DNA of 27,386 nucleotides from Nanopusillaceae archaeon (lineage in GTDB: Archaea > Nanobdellota > Nanobdellia > Nanobdellales > Nanobdellaceae), in assembly GCA_049974095.1 (NCBI GenBank), contig JBMFJD010000009.1, positions 1 through 27,386 of the forward strand. Reading direction: 5' to 3'. The translations under genes were made by a program, and so were the position numbers. Position 1 is the first letter of the stretch. Each line of letters begins with the position of its first letter. The notes below the pieces were generated by a model, which was not told the DNA's origin, did no database searches, and worked only from the letters and a program-made list of their open reading frames with translations. Positions 15,193 to 24,107 of the stretch are shown here, piece after piece.

Positions 15193-16972
15193 TAGGGATC
15201 CATATAATTTTGTATATAATAATAACCCATATGATGTAGTTGTAGGCTTATACTATAATAACTCATTAATTATAGATTTAGATCAATATAATAATATAAT
15301 ATCATCTGTTACTAATGATTATTTTAATTTACCAAAAACATTAGTACCATTTTCAACTATAACAAATGCTTTACTTAATTTACAGAATTCTTTGGATATA
15401 TTAGATACAGGTGCTATTATACAATTGCTATCTGGTAATGTAAAGATATCCTCAAATAAACCATTGATATTCTTCATAGTAAGGGATAGAAATAATCCTA
15501 TATATAATATATTAAAGTCAAAATATAATCTATATGAGGTACCTGTTAAGGATGCTAGTGTAAGGGATCATTCTATATATCTAAGAAGGGTTGTATGTTC
15601 AGCAGGTCATTATATAATAACATGGAAGAAATACCCTCCAATTGTATGTCCTATATGTTCTATGAAGGGACAGATATCTAAGATTGTTGGATTTACAGAT
15701 TTCATATATTCAGATAAGATGATTATATTATATGATGAATATGGTAAGATGAATATAATTGTAGATACAGATCTATATGATTTTATGAAAAAATTGGATA
15801 CAGATTATAAGTTAATAATAATGGATATTTCTCCATATAAATCTGAATTAAAAGAGACAAGAATTAATAGATTATTCTATGCTGTTGGATTATTAATTGA
15901 AGATAAGAGGACATATAATTATGATGAAATAATATCTTTCTTTAACCTAAATATTGATGATAAGATAAGATATATGCTAAATGCAAGTAAGATTGAGGAT
16001 CTGGTTATATCATTACCACTAATGTTTCAACAGATGGATAAATTTACAGTATTATATGTTGATATAAATCAGAAATATGTTCCATTAATATTTGAATCAT
16101 ATAGTAGATACAATAGTGCATCAGTAGAAAATATACTAGATATTGAAAATCCTGTATTGATGAATGTACAAGATTTGCCTGCAGGTATTAGATATAAGAT
16201 AAATGCTATGTTATTGAATCATGAGATAAATCTGGTAATGTTATTTAAATATTCATATGGAATGAGGGCTGTAGATTTTACATCATTTGACTCATTCTAT
16301 AATTCATTATCAAGATCTTTCTTAACATTCTTTGATAAGATAGACTTTATTGTACCATATATTATTGATTTTAAGTTTGAAGTAAGTGAAAGGAATATTT
16401 CAAACATATTTAATTTCATTAAACATCTATCAAGATCAATAAAGGTATATGATAAAAACTTTGAGAATATATTTTATTCAGAGGTTGAGAGGATAGGTAG
16501 AGTATATAGTCAATATAGTGATATACTTGCATATAAGAAAACAACAATAAATAAATTATCGAAATTGTTTGCTATATTAAATAAGAGGAATAGAATAGAG
16601 TTAGATGATATCAGATATGCAATAGGATATTATAGTGTAATGCATTTATTACCATTTGTTGTAACAGATGTAAAGGCAAAGGATGTATTGGATTTATATA
16701 AAGATTATATTAAGTTTATATATGACAGATACGTTAATGTACAGCAACAGAAGAGAGTAATATCTACTAAAAGAGATATTGAGGAACTAATATATGAAAT
16801 ATTAAGAACAGGTCCGAAAACAATAATAGAGATAAGAAAGGCTATTGAGAATATGAGGGATAAGATGATAGTTAAGAGTGGTATAAATCTATATATAATG
16901 ATTGAGAGGGTTTTGAATGAGCTAACATCTCAAGGTAGGATTAAATATAATAATGGTTTGTATTCCTTATGA
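15170..16972 (+). CDS. Full-length MCM-like protein with degenerate (probably inactive) ATPase motifs
   Basis: The N-terminal Zn/OB-like region reads VVCSAGH...CPICS, followed by FIYSDKMIILYDE. Where Walker A is expected, the sequence is EINLVMLFKYSYGMRAV, with no GxxGxGK(S/T). FDKIDFIVPY stands in place of SRFDLIFVL. A lid-like INKLSKLFAILNKRNRIELDDIRYAIGYY is present, and a wH-like C-terminus ends in GRIKYNNGLYSL (mcm ends GDIYEPEPGLYNVL). It overlaps the upstream ORF by 23 nt in the +1 frame. Confidence 0.65.
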   Translation: MIYKILTNRDPYNFVYNNNPYDVVVGLYYNNSLIIDLDQYNNIISSVTNDYFNLPKTLVPFSTITNALLNLQNSLDILDTGAIIQLLSGNVKISSNKPLIFFIVRDRNNPIYNILKSKYNLYEVPVKDASVRDHSIYLRRVVCSAGHYIITWKKYPPIVCPICSMKGQISKIVGFTDFIYSDKMIILYDEYGKMNIIVDTDLYDFMKKLDTDYKLIIMDISPYKSELKETRINRLFYAVGLLIEDKRTYNYDEIISFFNLNIDDKIRYMLNASKIEDLVISLPLMFQQMDKFTVLYVDINQKYVPLIFESYSRYNSASVENILDIENPVLMNVQDLPAGIRYKINAMLLNHEINLVMLFKYSYGMRAVDFTSFDSFYNSLSRSFLTFFDKIDFIVPYIIDFKFEVSERNISNIFNFIKHLSRSIKVYDKNFENIFYSEVERIGRVYSQYSDILAYKKTTINKLSKLFAILNKRNRIELDDIRYAIGYYSVMHLLPFVVTDVKAKDVLDLYKDYIKFIYDRYVNVQQQKRVISTKRDIEELIYEILRTGPKTIIEIRKAIENMRDKMIVKSGINLYIMIERVLNELTSQGRIKYNNGLYSL

Positions 16973-17228
16973 TATATATTTAGATGATGGAGTAGAATTA
17001 AACAAATTATTTAGTATGCTAAATGATGAGAATATTAAGAAAATTAGGGAATTTTTAATTAAATATGTAAATAGCAATAATTACTTAGAGTTAATAAATG
17101 ATACAGATATCCAAAATAATCAGGATATAATATATATAATGAAGTATCTTGGTATTATTACTGAAGTATCTGGTAAATACTATATAATTATACCTGTAGC
17201 GAAAACACTTATAAATATTTGTCAGTAA
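16953..17228 (+). CDS. Small hypothetical protein (possible winged-helix)
   Basis: 91-aa ORF overlapping the previous gene by 20 nt. No strong motifs. Its 3' end contains the promoter motif of the next gene. Confidence 0.5.
   Translation: MVCIPYDIYLDDGVELNKLFSMLNDENIKKIREFLIKYVNSNNYLELINDTDIQNNQDIIYIMKYLGIITEVSGKYYIIIPVAKTLINICQ
17204..17223 (+). promoter_or_regulatory. Extended TATA promoter motif aacacttataaatatttgtc
   Basis: The same 20-mer occurs at 18043-18062. The motif starts 33 nt upstream of the ATG at 17237. Confidence 0.55.
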
Positions 17229-17236
17229 TATATAGT

Positions 17237-17836
17237 ATGGAATACAAATTAGAAGTTTTATCTCCAATATTGTCAGGTTTATCAAACGATTATTTTAGCT
17301 TTAGGGTTTTTACTAAAATAGATTTTTCAGATTTTAGGGTAGTATCTAAGATTAAGTTAACAGCAGAAGATCTTACTGGATATGAAAAAGAGATGGAAGA
17401 AAAAGGTAGAGACGTTGTACTAAAGGAAATTTATGAGAAGAAAAAAGATGCCATAGAGAAAGAATTATTAAGATTAGGGTATGTAAAGCTTGGATATTTA
17501 TTTCCAAGAAAGCATTTTAATATAGATTCTATAAAGACAAAAGATGATTATGTTAATTGGATAGATTATATTGCATTATTTTCAAGAGGTATAGTATTTA
17601 CTTTAGAAAAAGAACATAAAATTAAGGCAAAGATAGAGGATATTAAACCAATTAATGTATCTTTAGGGGTACACTTATTATATTATGATAATGCAAAGAT
17701 TGTAGTTGCTTATGAAGCAATACTACCAGGTTCTTTATTCTCTATAACATTTGATTCTAAAATAGAACCAGATATTGTTGTTCGTATTGGAAGGTTAAGA
17801 AAATTCGGATTTGGTAGGGTTATTATAAAAGAATGA
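17237..17836 (+). CDS. Orphan RAMP/Cas6-like protein (candidate)
   Basis: I prefer the ATG at 17237 (MEYKLEV...) over the TTG at 17219 because of the promoter spacing. The N-terminal strand YKLEVLSPILSG, the internal YEAILPGSLFSITF, and the C-terminal glycine-rich loop VVRIGRLRKFGFGRVIIKE match the RAMP signature (hG-x5-GhG followed by a terminal beta strand). Confidence 0.45.
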   Translation: MEYKLEVLSPILSGLSNDYFSFRVFTKIDFSDFRVVSKIKLTAEDLTGYEKEMEEKGRDVVLKEIYEKKKDAIEKELLRLGYVKLGYLFPRKHFNIDSIKTKDDYVNWIDYIALFSRGIVFTLEKEHKIKAKIEDIKPINVSLGVHLLYYDNAKIVVAYEAILPGSLFSITFDSKIEPDIVVRIGRLRKFGFGRVIIKE

Positions 17837-17940
17837 AATTAAGATATATCATTTATGCGATATTGATTACATACTCAATAGTTGTTATATATTCATACCC
17901 ATTTACATTAAAAGCAATAGCAACAGTTATATACCCTTAG
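17833..17940 (+). CDS. Possible 35-aa hydrophobic micro-protein
   Basis: Its ATG overlaps the upstream stop (ATGA at 17833-17836). The product MKLRYIIYAILITYSIVVIYSYPFTLKAIATVIYP is largely hydrophobic. It falls below the ORF-track length cut-off. Confidence 0.25.
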   Translation: MKLRYIIYAILITYSIVVIYSYPFTLKAIATVIYP

Positions 17941-18042
17941 GTTAATATTATATTAGGATATAATGACTGTAAGTATGAGGATACAAGTAAAAATTAAAGT
18001 ATAGTATGTAATGTAAAGGTGAAGGTATCTAGTGCCGTACAT

Positions 18043-18062
18043 AACACTTATAAATATTTGTC
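18043..18062 (+). promoter_or_regulatory. Extended TATA promoter motif aacacttataaatatttgtc
   Basis: The motif starts 34 nt upstream of the ATG at 18077. This supports the ATG over the GTG at 18032 used by the ORF track. Confidence 0.55.
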
Positions 18063-18076
18063 TAATACGTATTTTT

Positions 18077-18709
18077 ATGGATAGGAAAAGTATTATTGCT
18101 ATTTCTTTATCTGCACTTATAGCAATATCTGTACTCTTATTTGTGATAACTCATAGGAATTCTGTTAATGAATATAAAATATTATATGAAATAGCGGCAA
18201 CAGGTAATACATATATACCTGGAGGTGATAAAATAATTACAGTATATTTCTCTCCAGAAGATCCATATTCAATCTTGTTTTTAGCTTATGATTTACCAAT
18301 ATACATGAAGAATAATTTTACAGTAATATTAAGACCTGTATCATCAGATAACGATTCTTTATTGATAGGATGTTATAATAGTATAACGTATGATCAGCTA
18401 ATGAAAATTATTGAAAACTTTACATATGCATATAATAATTCTCCAAGTTATGTAATCCAATGTTTCAATAATAATCAGTCTTATCAATATATACTAACCA
18501 ATTATGAGATACTCGTAGGGACTCATATGTTGGGAACACCAGCATACTTTTTAGTATTTCCATCAGGAAATATTACTGCAATAAATGATACTCTAAGAAC
18601 ACTGGATGTTATTGTAAATCCTATAAGATACGATAATGATTATATTATGTTGTTATATGGATACATACCAGTAAATGTTACAGAGAAAATAGTACAGGAG
18701 ATTCAATAA
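18077..18709 (+). CDS. N-terminally anchored membrane/secreted protein
   Basis: The product begins MDRKSIIAISLSALIAISVLLFVITH (signal anchor). There is a weak resemblance to a Cys-less thioredoxin/DsbA-like fold: ITVYFSPEDPYSILF where CPxC would sit, and LGTPAYFLVFPSGN. N-x-S/T sequons are present. Confidence 0.6.
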   Translation: MDRKSIIAISLSALIAISVLLFVITHRNSVNEYKILYEIAATGNTYIPGGDKIITVYFSPEDPYSILFLAYDLPIYMKNNFTVILRPVSSDNDSLLIGCYNSITYDQLMKIIENFTYAYNNSPSYVIQCFNNNQSYQYILTNYEILVGTHMLGTPAYFLVFPSGNITAINDTLRTLDVIVNPIRYDNDYIMLLYGYIPVNVTEKIVQEIQ

Positions 18710-18726
18710 ATATTTATAAGTGTTTT
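18708..18726 (+). promoter_or_regulatory. Inverted copy of the extended TATA motif (aaatatttataagtgtttt)
   Basis: This is the reverse complement of aaaacacttataaatattt (17202-17220). The TATA core is again about 26 nt upstream of an ATG (18742). Confidence 0.5.
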
Positions 18727-18741
18727 TTATATTCATATTTT

Positions 18742-20589
18742 ATGAAAAATGAAGTGTTTGATATAAAAGGTTTGATTAGAAAAATAGGTGTTAAAATAAT
18801 AACAGTATTATTAATAACCTTTTTCTTATATTCAGTAAATTCACAGCCAGCAATAACATTTCCAAATTGTATTCAATCAGCTCCTAATGCTTATTTATGT
18901 AATATAAATCCAAGTAGTCCTTTCGTATATTTTAATATTTATAATACGGAGATTCCATTTAATTTAACAATAGAATACAATGGTATTCCAGCAGCAATAT
19001 ATCAAGCGGGTACGTATATTGGAAGCGGGTCATCATTTACTACTAATACTACAATACCTGTTGGTACTACTCCATTCGAAATGTCTGTTACATCATCAGG
19101 ATCTTCAGTAATAACATTCTTATTTGCAGGATTTTCTAATGCTACTAATAGTACTATAACATATAATTATACATATGCGTTGTCGATAAACTTACAGTCA
19201 ACAACTACTACCACAACATCAACACAAAATACTACTACCACAACTACTACAACCACACCCCCAACTACAACCACACCACCACCTACAAATTATACAGGAG
19301 TGCCTGTTACTCCAATATACTCAACAATATACTTAACATTATATCCAAATCAAACATATCAATATCCAATAGGGCTAGTTGATACATCTCCTTATAATGT
19401 TACTGTTTTATCTGTAGTTATACAAGGATTACCTCCACAAAATGCAAATATACAAGGGGCATTTGGTACACTTCAACCTGGTCAAGTAGCATCTGGTGTA
19501 TTATATATTAATACTGCAGGTATGCAACCTGGTCAATATACATTCAATATAGCATACTCTGTTGAGGCAAATAATCAAGTATATAATGTACAAACAAGTG
19601 TTACTTTAACAGTTATTTCCCAATTATCTCAGCAAACATCTCAGACATCTCAAACAAATCAAACAACACTCCAGATAACGAGTCAAGGGTTACCATTATA
19701 TGTTAACTATTCTATAGTTGGTAATTATCTGTTTATTGGTGGAGCATATACTATATATAACGGAGAACAAATATATTTGTCTGGAGTCAATATTATGGTT
19801 ATAGGACCAGGTGGACAAGCATTAACATATTTATACCCAATACAGGTATATCCAGGACAAACATATTGTATATATGCATATGATCAAGGATTTGTTCCAT
19901 TCTTTACATGTCAACAGATACCACCAAGACCATTATGTTATATTTTGTCTCCACAAGGACAACAATATAATAATCAAACATTTTATCAGGATGGGACACA
20001 GGTTACTATAAAATCCATATATGATTGTCAAACACTTCAACCAGTATATGGTGTTGTAATATATTATGATAATCAACCAGTTAATCAACAGACATTTACA
20101 ATACAGGAGGGATCAAATAATATTGCAATATCTGCTCCAGGATATACATTAACTAATATAACATTATATGGATATATACCTGTACAGGTTAATAATTTAC
20201 CAAGTACTCCAGGTCAATATAATATTACTACTACAGGTACATTTGCTAGCCAAGCACAATTGCAATTATATACTTATGTTAATGGTACTAAGACAATATT
20301 AGCAACAGGTACAGGATTCTTATTCTATAACTTTACTAATGATACATATTATTTAGTATTAGATGCTCCATTACAAAATGAGGCAACATATACTATAACA
20401 ATATTACCCCCAATTATTCCAACACAGGTATCTTCATTTAATATAAACGAATTTATATTATCTAATATATGGTATCTTATAATAGGATTCTTGATATTTA
20501 CATTAATATCAATAATAATATATAAGAAAGGACATAAAGATGTATCTGAATTGGCTAAACAAATTGTAGAAGAATCTAAGAAACTATGA
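18742..20589 (+). CDS. Large Thr/Pro-linker glycoprotein with N-terminal signal and C-terminal membrane anchor
   Basis: 615 aa. The signal region is VKIITVLLITFFLYSVNSQ. The low-complexity linker TTTTTTSTQNTTTTTTTTTPPTTTTPPPT lies at about nt 19198-19290, and an SQQTSQTSQTNQTT repeat follows. There are many N-x-S/T sequons. The C-terminal TM is IWYLIIGFLIFTLISIIIY, followed by KKGHKD. Confidence 0.75.
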   Translation: MKNEVFDIKGLIRKIGVKIITVLLITFFLYSVNSQPAITFPNCIQSAPNAYLCNINPSSPFVYFNIYNTEIPFNLTIEYNGIPAAIYQAGTYIGSGSSFTTNTTIPVGTTPFEMSVTSSGSSVITFLFAGFSNATNSTITYNYTYALSINLQSTTTTTTSTQNTTTTTTTTTPPTTTTPPPTNYTGVPVTPIYSTIYLTLYPNQTYQYPIGLVDTSPYNVTVLSVVIQGLPPQNANIQGAFGTLQPGQVASGVLYINTAGMQPGQYTFNIAYSVEANNQVYNVQTSVTLTVISQLSQQTSQTSQTNQTTLQITSQGLPLYVNYSIVGNYLFIGGAYTIYNGEQIYLSGVNIMVIGPGGQALTYLYPIQVYPGQTYCIYAYDQGFVPFFTCQQIPPRPLCYILSPQGQQYNNQTFYQDGTQVTIKSIYDCQTLQPVYGVVIYYDNQPVNQQTFTIQEGSNNIAISAPGYTLTNITLYGYIPVQVNNLPSTPGQYNITTTGTFASQAQLQLYTYVNGTKTILATGTGFLFYNFTNDTYYLVLDAPLQNEATYTITILPPIIPTQVSSFNINEFILSNIWYLIIGFLIFTLISIIIYKKGHKDVSELAKQIVEESKKL

Positions 20590-21731
20590 GGAAGATATCT
20601 AATCCTTTTAAATCATTAATAGATGCATATAAATATACTATATCATATTTCTATAATTATTTAAAGTATAAATTAAGTAGAAGGGTATCTGATAAAAAAG
20701 AGATAAAGATAGATGTATCTCAATTACCAAGAGATGAACAATTAAGGATTCTTACAGAACAATTATTAAAAGAAAGACAAGATAAGATACTATATGAACA
20801 AAAATTAAAGGAATTAGAATCACAATTAACAGATATACAGGCAAAACAGTTTGCTAAGATATTAGAAGAATTATATAAAGAAGAAAAAGAAACTGGAAAA
20901 TTACCATTATCATTATATGATTTACTAAGGAAAGCTAGAGCAGCAGGTGCATTACCATTTAGAAAACCTCCGGTAGTATATGATATAACTATGCAGAGGT
21001 TAGGTAGATTATATGATATTGTTATTCATCCAGATGGTGGTATAGCATTTGTAATAAAGGCTGGTAAACAATTTATTATGACCCCCCCATTTGGATCTTT
21101 ATGGGATGCTATATTTCATCCAGAGAATTTAGCATCACAATTACCAGATTCTATAACATTATTAGTATATAAAGATCCTAATGGTAATGTGGTAAAGGTT
21201 CCATCAGTATATCTTAATAGATTATATGGAGGGGAACCCGTAGAGAAGATTGTTGCAGAGCTACAAACACAAATAAATAAGGTATTAAATGATTTAGAAT
21301 CTACTAAGGTAAATGCTGAGATGGTATCTTTACAAAATCAAATAGAGAAGGTATATAGATCTGTATCAGATTCTGTAAGTACAACCGCATTAAATTTATT
21401 TGAAAAGAACATGAAAGATTTGAAGAATGTACTAGTACCTACTACATTAGCAGCAGTAGAATCATCTACAACTATGCAATTAGATGTAGCTCAAGAAAGA
21501 TCAAAATCAGAACATTTACAAGATATATTAACACAATATTCAGAAAGATTAAAGACATTAGAATCTTCATTAGCACCAGAGAGGATAATATCTATACAAA
21601 ATGAGATTATTGATAGATTAAGACAATTATCTGCAGATTTAGCTCAAATAAGATCTGCATTACAAGCACCTCCATCAGTCCCTCCAGAACAAGCCCCACA
21701 AAATCAGCCTGAACAAGGTACTCAAGGATGA
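20586..21731 (+). CDS. Coiled-coil protein with a central globular domain and a Pro/Gln-rich tail
   Basis: It overlaps the upstream gene by ATGA. Heptad-like segments include EQLRILTEQLLKERQDKILYEQKLKELESQLTDIQ and the C-terminal LQDILTQYSERLKTLES...LSADLAQIRSALQ. It ends APPSVPPEQAPQNQPEQGTQG. Confidence 0.65.
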   Translation: MRKISNPFKSLIDAYKYTISYFYNYLKYKLSRRVSDKKEIKIDVSQLPRDEQLRILTEQLLKERQDKILYEQKLKELESQLTDIQAKQFAKILEELYKEEKETGKLPLSLYDLLRKARAAGALPFRKPPVVYDITMQRLGRLYDIVIHPDGGIAFVIKAGKQFIMTPPFGSLWDAIFHPENLASQLPDSITLLVYKDPNGNVVKVPSVYLNRLYGGEPVEKIVAELQTQINKVLNDLESTKVNAEMVSLQNQIEKVYRSVSDSVSTTALNLFEKNMKDLKNVLVPTTLAAVESSTTMQLDVAQERSKSEHLQDILTQYSERLKTLESSLAPERIISIQNEIIDRLRQLSADLAQIRSALQAPPSVPPEQAPQNQPEQGTQG

Positions 21732-22726
21732 CGTTATATACTAAAGCGATTAGAGATTTAATATATGAGAATCCTGATAAATATAGATTTTTAATATCAA
21801 CAGGTCTATATCATAGATATCTAGATTCAATAGTGCTATTAGATAAGATGAAACAATTATATGAAAATGAAGAATTGGAAGAATTAATAAAAAGAGGAAA
21901 TTGGATTGATATAATTAGAGCTACTGCTATAGATTATGTTGTATCATATATATTATTTAGGGATCCCAATAAAAAAGAGATGGCAGAGAAAGTAGCAGAG
22001 ATAATAAATTTACAGGTTACTGTTATTCAAAACTATATACAGGCGATATTAGAAACATTGTTAGTTAGAGCTAGAGGAGAATCGCCAAGGATTTTAGCTG
22101 TATCTCAGGCTTTATCATATTTTGGTGATCTAATATCTTTCTTTGAAGAAGTATTCTTTAGACCAATAGATGATGTATTATCATATGTATTATATAAGAG
22201 AAATTATATAAGGACATTAATAGAACAGAAAGCATCTGTTGCAAAGAAAGTAAAAGAGGTAACAAGATCTATGGAAGAACTAGCTGCTTCTCAAGAGCAA
22301 CCTGAAGTACCATCTGAAGAATTATCAAAAGCAGCTACTGATGTAAAACTTGAATATATATCATCGATATATGAAAGACCATTAATTAAACCAACTCCGA
22401 TATTCACTGATAAGGAGGTAGAATTGATTACTACATTGATACAAAGGGGAGCATTTTATCCTAAGTTATCTGTATCTGAAGATGACCTTGCAGCAACATT
22501 ATCTGTAAGCAAACAAGATCTGATGAAGATAATAAACTCTATATGGGGTAAATGTAAAGAATATAATATGGACCTATTTATTGTGGTAAGCACAGAGAAG
22601 GATCCTTCAGGCAATGAAATAAACTATATAAGTATAGATCCTAACCTATTTAGGAAGTCTACAAATAGATTAGTAAAGGCTCATCCAGATTTAGTGGAAT
22701 TATTCTTACAATTCTATGGTGCTTAG
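21728..22726 (+). CDS. Hypothetical protein
   Basis: 332-aa ORF with an ATGA overlap to the upstream gene. It is mainly helical, with a possible wH-like segment (LSVSEDDLAATLSVSKQDLMKIINSI). Confidence 0.6.
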   Translation: MTLYTKAIRDLIYENPDKYRFLISTGLYHRYLDSIVLLDKMKQLYENEELEELIKRGNWIDIIRATAIDYVVSYILFRDPNKKEMAEKVAEIINLQVTVIQNYIQAILETLLVRARGESPRILAVSQALSYFGDLISFFEEVFFRPIDDVLSYVLYKRNYIRTLIEQKASVAKKVKEVTRSMEELAASQEQPEVPSEELSKAATDVKLEYISSIYERPLIKPTPIFTDKEVELITTLIQRGAFYPKLSVSEDDLAATLSVSKQDLMKIINSIWGKCKEYNMDLFIVVSTEKDPSGNEINYISIDPNLFRKSTNRLVKAHPDLVELFLQFYGA

Positions 22727-23042
22727 ATTCTTTGTATCTGTGCCAGATCCATTTGTAGAATCATGGGTAGGAATATATGGAAATAACGAATTTAATAGAT
22801 TATTATACTTATATGAGATAAATCCTATTACAAAGAAAATAGAGTTCTTGGGTGTTGATAGAGATACACCAATAAATAGGAGAAAGTACTTATCTTATGG
22901 TTTTAGAGATCTAACAGATAAACTAAATGTTATATTAGATAAGAAGCCAACAGAGATAGATCTATTTACATATAAGATTACGGAAATGCTATATAAGTAT
23001 CCAGATCTGGCTAAAAAATTATCTAAATTTATAAGAAGATAA
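22716..23042 (+). CDS. Hypothetical small basic protein
   Basis: 108-aa ORF with an 11-nt overlap to the upstream gene, co-oriented within the operon. Confidence 0.55.
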   Translation: MVLRFFVSVPDPFVESWVGIYGNNEFNRLLYLYEINPITKKIEFLGVDRDTPINRRKYLSYGFRDLTDKLNVILDKKPTEIDLFTYKITEMLYKYPDLAKKLSKFIRR

Positions 23043-23043
23043 A

Positions 23044-23493
23044 ATGTGGATAACTAAGTTTGCTAAGTGGTGTCCTTTCTGTATGTATGCTAATAGTAGG
23101 TTAATTCAATTTCCGGGCTTTCAATATCAATTTAGGGTTAAATTAGATTTTTCCAATGAGCATTATGCTTTATCCAATATAACTACTAAGGAACCATTAT
23201 TTTATAATCCATTGACTAAAACATATGCTGTTGGTACAAAGATAGATCCTGTACTTGCAGATATGCAAATTGCTTTTTTAATGAGATATGATAGAGAAAT
23301 GACATTATATAAAACTAATAGATTACCTGTACCTGAATTAACTGGAATATATGATAGGATAATATCATCTAATGTTGAAAATGCATATAGGGTAATATAT
23401 AATAGAGCATATGAGGTTCAATATAAGTACCCTATAGGTACGGAATCTACTATAAGGGCTTTAGAAAGAATAGGTACTTTATTGGAGAGATGA
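23044..23493 (+). CDS. Hypothetical protein
   Basis: 149-aa ORF starting 1 nt after the previous stop. It has a single CPFC motif near the N-terminus. Confidence 0.55.
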   Translation: MWITKFAKWCPFCMYANSRLIQFPGFQYQFRVKLDFSNEHYALSNITTKEPLFYNPLTKTYAVGTKIDPVLADMQIAFLMRYDREMTLYKTNRLPVPELTGIYDRIISSNVENAYRVIYNRAYEVQYKYPIGTESTIRALERIGTLLER

Positions 23494-24107
23494 GCCCATT
23501 ACCTGTAAATGTAACTTCTTTACAAGGTACTATAACTTCTTTTTCTAATGTATTTCATAATTTTAGTATATCTGCTGTAGTAGCAATTGTATTCCTTTTA
23601 GTTGCATTTCTATTATTTTCTCTTATTATTAGAAATATACTATCATCGTTTATACCTAGGTTTTCTCTTCTAACTATTATATTGGTTGTATCTTACTTAG
23701 TAGCATTCTCATATTATGTACCAGTATATATACCACAAACATTTGTTACTGTAGTAAATAATACAACAGTAGTTAATACAAATGTGACATCTCATCTATT
23801 ATCAACATATAATTTTATTATAATAACTAAATTTTATGATAACCTATTATATTATATGGCACAGTATAAAGTATCGCCTTCAGATATTCTAGTACCTTAT
23901 GTTATACTAATACTATTTTACATATATTTTATCTATGCACTATACAATAGAATAGGAAAAATGGCAATACCTATTGCAGCACTCTTGCTCTTTGTAATTA
24001 CATTGGGAATGACGGGGCTAATGTTTGCTAGCATAACATATAGTACATTATTATATATGGACCTGTCTCTGGCATTATTATCTGCTATTGCATTTGTATT
24101 AGCATGA
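23490..24107 (+). CDS. Polytopic membrane protein
   Basis: It has ATGA overlaps at both ends. There are about 5 hydrophobic segments, with a luminal N-x-T-rich loop (VVNNTTVVNTNVTS). Confidence 0.65.
   Translation: MSPLPVNVTSLQGTITSFSNVFHNFSISAVVAIVFLLVAFLLFSLIIRNILSSFIPRFSLLTIILVVSYLVAFSYYVPVYIPQTFVTVVNNTTVVNTNVTSHLLSTYNFIIITKFYDNLLYYMAQYKVSPSDILVPYVILILFYIYFIYALYNRIGKMAIPIAALLLFVITLGMTGLMFASITYSTLLYMDLSLALLSAIAFVLA

Noticed and set aside
19198-19290. The ACN-codon tract (poly-Thr/Pro) as a contingency locus or nucleotide tandem repeat.
   Set aside because: The codons are mixed (aca/act/acc/cca), with no perfect nucleotide repeat unit. It is better explained as a low-complexity O-/N-glycosylated stalk in the protein.
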